From contig MFKJ01000003.1 of assembly GCA_001779535.1 (NCBI GenBank), forward strand, positions 1 to 36,546: a stretch of 36,546 nt of DNA. The letters run 5' to 3'. This document shows, one piece after another, positions 20,371 to 28,369 of the stretch. Every line of letters starts with the position of its first letter. The first letter of the stretch is position 1. Source of the stretch: Candidatus Jorgensenbacteria bacterium RIFCSPHIGHO2_02_FULL_45_20 (GTDB taxonomy: Bacteria > Patescibacteriota > Minisyncoccia > UBA6257 > GWB1-50-10). The position numbers were made by a program, and so were the translations under genes. A model generated the notes under the pieces. The model did not search any database. It was not told the DNA's origin and saw only the letters and a program-made list of their open reading frames with translations.

Positions 20371-22218
20371 ATGATGCTGAATAATTTTCACAAACCCGCG
20401 TATGATGAATCGTCGGGAAAACAGGCAGATACCGGAAGCGAGTTCGGGGGCTGGGAAAAAGACAATGAACTTTCAAATAAGGGAAGACGCGATAAAACGG
20501 CGTGGAAAAAAATAATACAACGCGGCGTATGGATTATTATCGGAATAGCCGTTATCGCCGCGGGAGCATTTTTTATTTCTCGTCTTGCCAGACGTTCAAG
20601 CGGAGTGATGGTCGAAATTCAGGGCCCGGATTCCGTAAGCAGGGGAGTTCCGTTTGAGATTACCATCCAAGTTGCGAACGACATAGATAGTTTTATAAAA
20701 AATGGCGTGATTACGGTAAATACCACGGATGGGGTCTTGTATGCCGATAACGCGTCCGGAGCGAATCTTATAAAAGAACAAATAGGAGACCTCGGAGGGG
20801 GAAGTTTATCGCGCAAAACACTGCGTTTCCTCTCCGTGGGACCCGCCAATTCGGTGCAAAAAATAACAGCCAAGCTGTCTTTTTCTTCTTTGGGAGCGGA
20901 ATATGAATTAGAAAGAAGCAAAGAGGTTATAATAGGCGAGTCGGCTGTCGGTGTTGAAGTGAAAAAGCCGGAACAAATCGTTTCCGGTTCGAAGTTTAAT
21001 CTTCAGATTGATTATGAGAATAAATCCAATTTTGATTTTTCCGGCGTAGCGATTGAAGTAAAATATCCGTCCGAATTTACGTTTTCCAGCGCGAGCTACA
21101 ATCCGTCGTCTCTCAACAATCACTGGCAATTGGGCGCGCTGAAAGCCCGAACACGCGGAAGCATACAAATAACCGGTTCGCTGGACGCTTCGGAGAAAAA
21201 TTCATTCGATTTTCCGGTCTCTGTTTTTGTGGAATTCTCCGGGCGCGATTATCTGATTGCCGAAGCGACCGGAAACGCGTTCATCGCTCCATCGCCGCTT
21301 TCTCTATCTATTACCGCGAACGGGAGCGATAATTTTACGGCTCGGCAGGGCGAGGAAATCAAATACAGAATAACGTACGAAAATAAAAGCGGCATATCGC
21401 TTGCGGACGCCGTTATAGAAGCGAAAATTGAAGGCGACATGTTCGATGTGAAAACAGTAGGCGGAAACGGGGGTTTTGATTCCCGTTTGAATACCGTAAC
21501 GTGGACGGCGTCGAAAGTTCCGGAATTATCGCTTCTCGACCCCGGCGCATCCGGCTCGGTGGAGTTTTCGGTTCGCCTTTTACCCGCGATTCCGGTTAAG
21601 CGGGCGAGCGACAAAAATTTCACGCTTAAAGTGAGCGTTCGTATGGATTCCCCGTCAGTGCCTTACTATCTTGACGCGGACAAAACAACCGGCTTTGCCG
21701 CTTTGGAGACGAAAATCGCGGGAAGCGCGTCCTTCACGGCAAAGGCGTTTTACCGCGATGCGTCGGCGCAAATCGTGAATTCCGGCGTTTTACCGCCAAA
21801 AGTGAACACACCGACCCGATATACGGTGCACTGGATTATAGAAAACTACGGGAGCGGTTTGAAGGACATCGCTGTGCGGGGATTTCTTGAGTCGGGAGTA
21901 AAATGGACAGGAGTAGTAAAAAGCAACACCGGTTCTGTTCCTGTTTATAATCCGAGAACGGAGGAAGTCGTCTGGACGGTTGATAATATAGAAGCGAACA
22001 GAGGTCTTTTCGGTGATCCAGTGGAGGCCGTGTTTCAGATCGAAGCCGTTCCGAATATAACGCAAGTCGGCAGATACGAACCGCTTGTGAAAGAAGCGAA
22101 ATTCTCTGCGACAGACGCGTTTACGGGCGCGAGCATTTCCGATTCCAGCAAGGAACTGACCACTTCTCTTTCGGACGACAAAACGGTTGGCAGGAATGAG
22201 GGAATAGTAGTCCAATAA
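20371..22218 (+). CDS. membrane-anchored extracellular protein with Ig-like (DUF11-like) domains
   Basis: single TM near the N-terminus; repeated GEEIKYRITYENKS-type beta-sandwich motifs. Confidence 0.7.
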   Translation: MMLNNFHKPAYDESSGKQADTGSEFGGWEKDNELSNKGRRDKTAWKKIIQRGVWIIIGIAVIAAGAFFISRLARRSSGVMVEIQGPDSVSRGVPFEITIQVANDIDSFIKNGVITVNTTDGVLYADNASGANLIKEQIGDLGGGSLSRKTLRFLSVGPANSVQKITAKLSFSSLGAEYELERSKEVIIGESAVGVEVKKPEQIVSGSKFNLQIDYENKSNFDFSGVAIEVKYPSEFTFSSASYNPSSLNNHWQLGALKARTRGSIQITGSLDASEKNSFDFPVSVFVEFSGRDYLIAEATGNAFIAPSPLSLSITANGSDNFTARQGEEIKYRITYENKSGISLADAVIEAKIEGDMFDVKTVGGNGGFDSRLNTVTWTASKVPELSLLDPGASGSVEFSVRLLPAIPVKRASDKNFTLKVSVRMDSPSVPYYLDADKTTGFAALETKIAGSASFTAKAFYRDASAQIVNSGVLPPKVNTPTRYTVHWIIENYGSGLKDIAVRGFLESGVKWTGVVKSNTGSVPVYNPRTEEVVWTVDNIEANRGLFGDPVEAVFQIEAVPNITQVGRYEPLVKEAKFSATDAFTGASISDSSKELTTSLSDDKTVGRNEGIVVQ

Positions 22219-22225
22219 AAAATCA

Positions 22226-23563
22226 ATGACTAAAACAACGGGCGAAACAAAAGGAAAGACGGATATTTTTGAAAATATATATGCTCTGTCAAAGCGGCGC
22301 GGTTTTATTTACCCCGGCTCGGAAATTTACGGCGGTCTCGCGGGCACATGGGATTACGGCCCATTGGGCGCGGAGCTTAAAAGAAACTTAAAAAACGAGT
22401 TTTGGAAGTTCGCGGTGTGGGAAAGAGATGATGTAGTTGGGCTCGACGCGTCCATAATTATGAATCCGAAAGTATGGGAGGCGTCCGGGCACTTAGAATC
22501 GTTTTCCGACCCGCTTGCCGAATGCAAAAAATGTCACCATCGTTTCCGCGCGGATAAAATCAAGGAAAACAAATGTCCCGATTGCGGGGGAGAACTTACC
22601 AAAGCAAAAAAATTCAATCTTATGGTCGAGACGTATCTTGGAGTAATCGAAGACGAAAAGCAAAAAACGTACCTGCGCGGAGAAATAACGCAGGGCGTGC
22701 ACGTTAATTTTAAGAACATTGTTTCGTCAACGCGCGTCAAATTGCCGTTCGGCGTCGCGCAAGTCGGAAAGGCCTTCAGAAACGAAATTACTCCCGGGCA
22801 GTTCACGTTCAGGTCGCGCGAGTTCGAGCAGATGGAAATTCAATTTTATACGAAGCCGGATGCGGATATTTCGATGGAGTGGTTTGAGTATTGGAAAAAG
22901 GAAAGAATGAATTGGTATGTTTCGCTTGGAATGAAAGAACGAAATTTGCGTTTTCACAAGCACGGCAAAGACGAACTGGCCCACTATGCTAAAGCCGCTT
23001 TTGACATTGAATACAACGCGGGCGGAGAGTGGAAAGAGATGGAGGGAATACACAACCGCGGGGACTGGGATTTAAGGCGGCACGGGGAATATTCAAAAAC
23101 GGATATGGCTTATTTTGATGAGGAGACAAAGGAAAAGTTTCTGCCGTGGATTATCGAGACGTCCGGCGGGGTGGACAGAGCTGCGCTTTTCTTCCTGATA
23201 GACGCGTTTTTTGAAGAAAAAACGGGCGACCGTGAATTCAGAATCGTGCTTAAACTACACCCCAAGCTCGCGCCATATAAAGCCGCGGTGTTCCCATTGC
23301 TTGCGAATAAGCCCGAACTTGTAAAACTCGCGCGCTCCATATATAAAGACCTAAAGAAAGAATGGATGGTCGCGTGGGATGAACGCGGAAATATAGGCAA
23401 GCGCTACCGCGCGCAGGATGAGGCGGGAACTCCATTTTGCGTAACAGTTGATTTTGACAGTTTGGAGAAAAATGACATTACTGTCCGCGATAGAGACACG
23501 ATGAAACAGGAAAGAATAAAAATAGGAGAACTAAAAGAGTGGATGAAAGAAAAACTTCAATAG
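22226..23563 (+). CDS. glyQS: glycine--tRNA ligase (alpha2 type)
   Basis: GSEIYGG, WDYGPLG, GKAFRNEITP, FRSREFEQME, IETSGGVDR, IGKRYRAQDE. Confidence 0.97.
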   Translation: MTKTTGETKGKTDIFENIYALSKRRGFIYPGSEIYGGLAGTWDYGPLGAELKRNLKNEFWKFAVWERDDVVGLDASIIMNPKVWEASGHLESFSDPLAECKKCHHRFRADKIKENKCPDCGGELTKAKKFNLMVETYLGVIEDEKQKTYLRGEITQGVHVNFKNIVSSTRVKLPFGVAQVGKAFRNEITPGQFTFRSREFEQMEIQFYTKPDADISMEWFEYWKKERMNWYVSLGMKERNLRFHKHGKDELAHYAKAAFDIEYNAGGEWKEMEGIHNRGDWDLRRHGEYSKTDMAYFDEETKEKFLPWIIETSGGVDRAALFFLIDAFFEEKTGDREFRIVLKLHPKLAPYKAAVFPLLANKPELVKLARSIYKDLKKEWMVAWDERGNIGKRYRAQDEAGTPFCVTVDFDSLEKNDITVRDRDTMKQERIKIGELKEWMKEKLQ

Positions 23564-23571
23564 CGGGTTTT

Positions 23572-23592
23572 CCGCGCCTCGCGCGGGTTTTT
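23572..23592 (+). terminator. intrinsic terminator
   Basis: ccgcgc-ctc-gcgcgg followed by gttttt. Confidence 0.55.
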
Positions 23593-23634
23593 GAATTACC
23601 GGTTGATTTATTGTAGGTTTAATATATCCGGACT

Positions 23635-24903
23635 ATGAACAAGGTATCGCGCATAAAATTAAAAAACGGATTACGTCTTTTGGTGGTGCCGAATCCGGAA
23701 AGCTTGGCAACCACGATATACGTTTTTGTCGCTACCGGGTCGAAATACGAGGACAAAAAGACAAACGGATTGTCTCATTTTTTGGAACATATGTGCTTTA
23801 AGAGCACGAGAAAGCGTCCGCGACCGATAGACATAGCGTCCGACCTTGATGGAATCGGAGCTCAATACAATGCCCTTACAACCCACGAATACACGGGGTA
23901 TTACGCGAAAGTCCAAAACAGCTCGTTTCAAAAAGCGTTTGACGTGATATCCGATTTGTATCTCCACCCCGTTTTTCGGGACGACGATGTAAACACTGAA
24001 CGCGGCGTGATAACTGAAGAAATAAATATGTACGAGGACTCGCCGAAGAGCAAAGTCGGAGAGATTTTTATGGAACTGCTCTACGGCAATCAACCCGCGG
24101 GCAGAAGCGTTTTGGGGACAAAGGAAAATATAGCGAAATTTAGCAAAAACGATCTCATTTCTTACAGAAAAAATAACTATCTGCCATGCTCCACGGTTGT
24201 CGTGATTTCAGGAAAAATAAGTGCTTCCGAAGCGGCATCACTTGTGAAAAAGGAATTTTCATTACTCGCTCGTGGTGAAAAAATGAGCAAGTTGAAGGTT
24301 GTCGAACGGCAGAACTCTCCGGCGGAAAAATTATTTTACAAAAAATCGGAACAGTCGCATCTGATGCTTGGTTTACGAACTTTTCCGGCGGCGGACGAAA
24401 GGCGGTATTCGCTTTCGGTACTTGCGGAAGTTTTGGGAGGCGGTATGAGTTCCCGTCTGTTTAAAAAAGTGCGCGACGAACTTGGAGCGGCGTATTATGT
24501 GAGAGCCGAGACCGACTTTTTCTCCGACCATGGTTTTTTGAGTGTTGACGCCGGAGTGGACCACAGGAAACTGGAAGCGGTTATAGCGGCCATTGTGTCC
24601 GAATTGAAACGGCTAAAAAAGGAGAAGGTGGGCGATATCGAGCTTATAAAAGCAAAAGAGCATCTTATAGGCGACCTGTTCCTTTCTATCGAAACATCTG
24701 ACGCTCTCGGATATTTTTACGGAACGCAGGAGATTATGGATATGAAACCGTCATCTCCTTTTGAAATAGCGCGAAAGATAAGGCAGGTTACATCCGAAGA
24801 CATATTGAAAACTGCCGGCGGCATTGTGAAAAACAACCGGTTGAACATGGCTCTTGTCGGCCCTTTCAAAAACAGAAGTTTTGCTGATATATTGAAAGTA
24901 TAG
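23635..24903 (+). CDS. M16 family zinc peptidase
   Basis: HFLEH inverted zinc motif, LGGGMSSRLF..VR..LG.AY. Confidence 0.93.
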   Translation: MNKVSRIKLKNGLRLLVVPNPESLATTIYVFVATGSKYEDKKTNGLSHFLEHMCFKSTRKRPRPIDIASDLDGIGAQYNALTTHEYTGYYAKVQNSSFQKAFDVISDLYLHPVFRDDDVNTERGVITEEINMYEDSPKSKVGEIFMELLYGNQPAGRSVLGTKENIAKFSKNDLISYRKNNYLPCSTVVVISGKISASEAASLVKKEFSLLARGEKMSKLKVVERQNSPAEKLFYKKSEQSHLMLGLRTFPAADERRYSLSVLAEVLGGGMSSRLFKKVRDELGAAYYVRAETDFFSDHGFLSVDAGVDHRKLEAVIAAIVSELKRLKKEKVGDIELIKAKEHLIGDLFLSIETSDALGYFYGTQEIMDMKPSSPFEIARKIRQVTSEDILKTAGGIVKNNRLNMALVGPFKNRSFADILKV

Positions 24904-24906
24904 GTA

Positions 24907-25926
24907 ATGAGAAATGTTACGTATATAGAATTAAGCTGGCATACACTCTGGAAGGTATGCATTTTTTCGGCGATCATCGCCGTGCTCTACCTCTCTAAAG
25001 ACGCGATAGGAGTTCTTTTCGCGTCCGTTGTCATATCTTTGGGGCTCGACCCGATTGTTTCGTTTCTTGAAAGCAAAAAAGTTCCGCGCATTATCGGTAC
25101 GCTTATTTTGTTTATCACTGTTTTTTTAGCCGTGGCGATAGGAGTATATTTCATCATTCCCATAATAGCGGTTGAAACAAGTTCATTTCTGGAGCACTTC
25201 CACGAATTTATGTCCTCGACTTTCGGTTTCGGTTTTCCGGACAATATCGTTGATGCTCTGACGTTCAGCAAGGACAAAATTTTCAGTTATTTCTCGCTTG
25301 CTGGAATGTCCGTCGCCGAAACAATTTCCAAATTTTCAATAACGATGGCTTTTGTGGCGGCAACGATTATTATGACGTTTTATCTGTCTGTCGAAAAAGA
25401 CGGAACGGAACGTCTGCTTAAAGTTGTTTTACCGGAGTCATACGAATCGCCGGTGCTTAAAGTTTTCGGCAGATTTAAAACAAAAATAAGAAGATGGATG
25501 GCGGCGCAAGCGAGTTTAAGCGCGGTAGTCGGGCTTCTTGTCTGGCTGGGGCTTTGGGCTATCGGAGTCCGCTACGCTTTTGTGATAGGCATGCTCGCGG
25601 CTGTTTTGGAAATCGTTCCGGTTATAGGGCCGGTTATGGTTGGTGTTGTGGCATTCCTCGTCGCCGTATCGGATTCTATGATGCTCGGAGTGTATTCAGT
25701 CGCGTTTTTCTTCGGCGTTCAACAACTGGAAAATCACATTCTTCTGCCGCTTATTATGGGCAAAGGCATGAAGGTGCATCCGGTTGTCGTCTTAATGGCG
25801 CTTCTCGCCGGAGGTAAAATAGCGGGGTTTGTTGGAATTTTACTTGCTGTGCCTATCGCCGTGATAATACAGGAGATATTTGGTTATATAGCCGAGAAGA
25901 AAAACGAGCGGACGCGGCCTAATTAG
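24907..25926 (+). CDS. AI-2E family transporter
   Basis: multi-TM protein with LEIVPVIGP, QQLENHILLPLIMG, VHPVVV, GILLAVP. Confidence 0.9.
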   Translation: MRNVTYIELSWHTLWKVCIFSAIIAVLYLSKDAIGVLFASVVISLGLDPIVSFLESKKVPRIIGTLILFITVFLAVAIGVYFIIPIIAVETSSFLEHFHEFMSSTFGFGFPDNIVDALTFSKDKIFSYFSLAGMSVAETISKFSITMAFVAATIIMTFYLSVEKDGTERLLKVVLPESYESPVLKVFGRFKTKIRRWMAAQASLSAVVGLLVWLGLWAIGVRYAFVIGMLAAVLEIVPVIGPVMVGVVAFLVAVSDSMMLGVYSVAFFFGVQQLENHILLPLIMGKGMKVHPVVVLMALLAGGKIAGFVGILLAVPIAVIIQEIFGYIAEKKNERTRPN

Positions 25927-25936
25927 AAAATATTTT

Positions 25937-27382
25937 ATGAAAAATTTTTATATCACGACGACGCTTCCGTATGTAAACGCACGTCTTCACATCGGGCACG
26001 CGCTTGAATTCGTGCAAGCGGATTTGATCGCGCGTTATCACAAAATAATCGGGGATAATGTTTTTTTTAATACAGGCACCGATGAACACGGACAGAAGAT
26101 ATATGAAAAATCGTTAAAGGAAAGAAAAGACCCGAAAATATACGTGGATGAGTGCGCGATAGAATTTAAGAAAGTGTTGAAAGGTCTTAATATTCTCCCG
26201 GAAGTTAATTTCATTCGCACCACAGACGAGCATCACATAATAGCGGCGCAGGAATTTTGGCGGCGGTGTTTCAAAAACGGCGACATTTACAAACGAAAAT
26301 ACAAAGTTAAGTACTGCGTCGGATGTGAGCTCGAAAAGACCGACTCGGAACTCAAAGACGGAAAATGTCCGCTTCACCCGAACAGAGAAATAGAATTCAT
26401 TGATGAAGAAAATTATTTTTTCCGGTTCTCCAAGTACGCGCAGGCGCTTTTGACGCTTTACAAGAAATATCCGGATTTTGTTGTCCCCGTTAACCGGCTC
26501 ACGGAAATCAAAAATTTCGTCGCGGCCGGGCTTCAGGATTTTAGTATCTCGCGCCTCAAAGATAAAATGCCTTGGGGTGTGCCGGTTCCGGACGACAATA
26601 GCCATATAATGTACGTTTGGTTTGATGCGCTTGTGAATTATATTTCCGCGCTCGAGTGGCCTGAAAACGAAAGAAAATTTGAAGAATTTTGGGGGACAAA
26701 AGAAAATCCCAACGCGCTTCAAATTGCCGGCAAAGACAATCTGCGTCAGCAATCGGCGATGTGGCAAGCGATGCTTCTTTCGGCCGGGTTGCCGACATCG
26801 CGGCAAATTTTAATACACGGCTTTATTAATATAGGCGGACAAAAAATAAGCAAATCATTAGGAAACACCGTTGACTTGCTCGGGCTTATAAACCGGTACG
26901 GCACGGACGCGGTAAGGTTCTGGCTGCTTAAAGAGGTAAATCCTTTCGAGGACGCGGATTTTACCTTGGAAAAATTCAAAGAATCGTATAACGCCAAACT
27001 GGCAAACGGGCTTGGCAATCTGGTAAGCCGCGTGGTGAAGCTCGCGAGAAATTGCGGGGTTGAATTTGTGAAGCCGAAGGAAGACGCAAAGGAACTAAAC
27101 GCGCACGCCGAAAAAATTAATGGGTACAGATTCGGGGAGGCAATGGGCGCGATATGGGAGAAAATTCAGATAACAGACAAGTTTATGCAGGAGCGCGAGC
27201 CGTTCAAAAAAATAAAAACAGAACCGGAAAAAGCGGTTGCCGACATCCGCGAGCTTTTGGAGGGCGTATGGGAAATCGGTGCGTTGCTCAGATCTCTTTT
27301 GCCGGAGACAAGCGAGAAAATACGTGCCGTGGTGGAAAACGATTCAATACATTTAACGCCCATTTTTCCGAGAGCCGCGTGA
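25937..27382 (+). CDS. metG: methionine--tRNA ligase (short, no C-terminal tRNA-binding domain)
   Basis: YITTTLPYVN, HIGH, TGTDEHGQKI, YVWFDAL, KISKS, LANGLGNL. Confidence 0.97.
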   Translation: MKNFYITTTLPYVNARLHIGHALEFVQADLIARYHKIIGDNVFFNTGTDEHGQKIYEKSLKERKDPKIYVDECAIEFKKVLKGLNILPEVNFIRTTDEHHIIAAQEFWRRCFKNGDIYKRKYKVKYCVGCELEKTDSELKDGKCPLHPNREIEFIDEENYFFRFSKYAQALLTLYKKYPDFVVPVNRLTEIKNFVAAGLQDFSISRLKDKMPWGVPVPDDNSHIMYVWFDALVNYISALEWPENERKFEEFWGTKENPNALQIAGKDNLRQQSAMWQAMLLSAGLPTSRQILIHGFINIGGQKISKSLGNTVDLLGLINRYGTDAVRFWLLKEVNPFEDADFTLEKFKESYNAKLANGLGNLVSRVVKLARNCGVEFVKPKEDAKELNAHAEKINGYRFGEAMGAIWEKIQITDKFMQEREPFKKIKTEPEKAVADIRELLEGVWEIGALLRSLLPETSEKIRAVVENDSIHLTPIFPRAA

Positions 27383-27410
27383 AACAACAGCGGGAACACG
27401 CCACAACAAG

Positions 27411-28274
27411 ATGCTTTATTTTGACTCGCACGCGCACGCACATTTTGAATCGTATAAAAACGACAGGGACGAAATGCTCCACCGCGCTTTTGACGCAGGC
27501 GTCGGTATGGTAACCGCGGGAACGCAGGAAGAGACATCCGCGCTCGCGGTTGCGCTCGCGGAAGAATACGCCGCCGAGCCGATATACGCGGCCATAGGAC
27601 TTCATCCGGACCATGCGGCTCCGGCGTCTTTTTATGACGAAGATGAGGGCGTGAGCGAAAAGGCGAAAGAAATAAATGAACGCGGAGAATCATTCGACTC
27701 CGATTTTTATAAGAAACTTGCGGCGAGTTCGAAAGTTGTTGCTGTCGGCGAATGCGGGCTTGATTATTTTCATATTCCAGAAAACAGGAAAGACGAAGTG
27801 AAACATAAACAGAAAGAGGCCTTCATTAGACAAATAGAATTTTCCGTTGATGTTAAGAAACCGCTCATAATCCACTGTCGCGACGCTTACGACGACTTGA
27901 TTCAGATGCTTAACGCGAAGAAATCCGTACTTAACGCCGTGCCGGGTATCATTCATTTTTTTTCCGGAACGCGAGACGAAGCGGAGCAACTTCTTAATAT
28001 GGGTTTTTATTTTTCATTCGGAGGAGTAATTACTTTTCCGCCGAAAAAAGGCAAAACCGATTACGCGCAAATCGTAAAAACGATGCCTATAGACAGGATA
28101 TTAAGCGAAACAGACGCGCCGTATGTCGCTCCGGTGCCGTATCGCGGCACAAGAAACGAGCCGGCATATGTTATTGAAGTGGTAAAAAAACTCGCCGAAA
28201 TGGAAAATATTTCCCTTGAAGAAATGAGAAAATGCATTTTGAAGAATTCGAAATATGTATTTAGAGTAGTGTAA
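27411..28274 (+). CDS. tatD: TatD family DNase
   Basis: DSHAH, GLHP, GECGLDY, IHCRDA, HFFSG, ETDAPY, NEP motifs. Confidence 0.95.
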   Translation: MLYFDSHAHAHFESYKNDRDEMLHRAFDAGVGMVTAGTQEETSALAVALAEEYAAEPIYAAIGLHPDHAAPASFYDEDEGVSEKAKEINERGESFDSDFYKKLAASSKVVAVGECGLDYFHIPENRKDEVKHKQKEAFIRQIEFSVDVKKPLIIHCRDAYDDLIQMLNAKKSVLNAVPGIIHFFSGTRDEAEQLLNMGFYFSFGGVITFPPKKGKTDYAQIVKTMPIDRILSETDAPYVAPVPYRGTRNEPAYVIEVVKKLAEMENISLEEMRKCILKNSKYVFRVV

Positions 28275-28369
28275 AAAAGAACCACAAACTAACAACAGCT
28301 TTTATTTGTCGTTTTGCCAAAAACGTATACGAAGGTTAGAATGTATGCAAAATACGGGTATCAATAAGT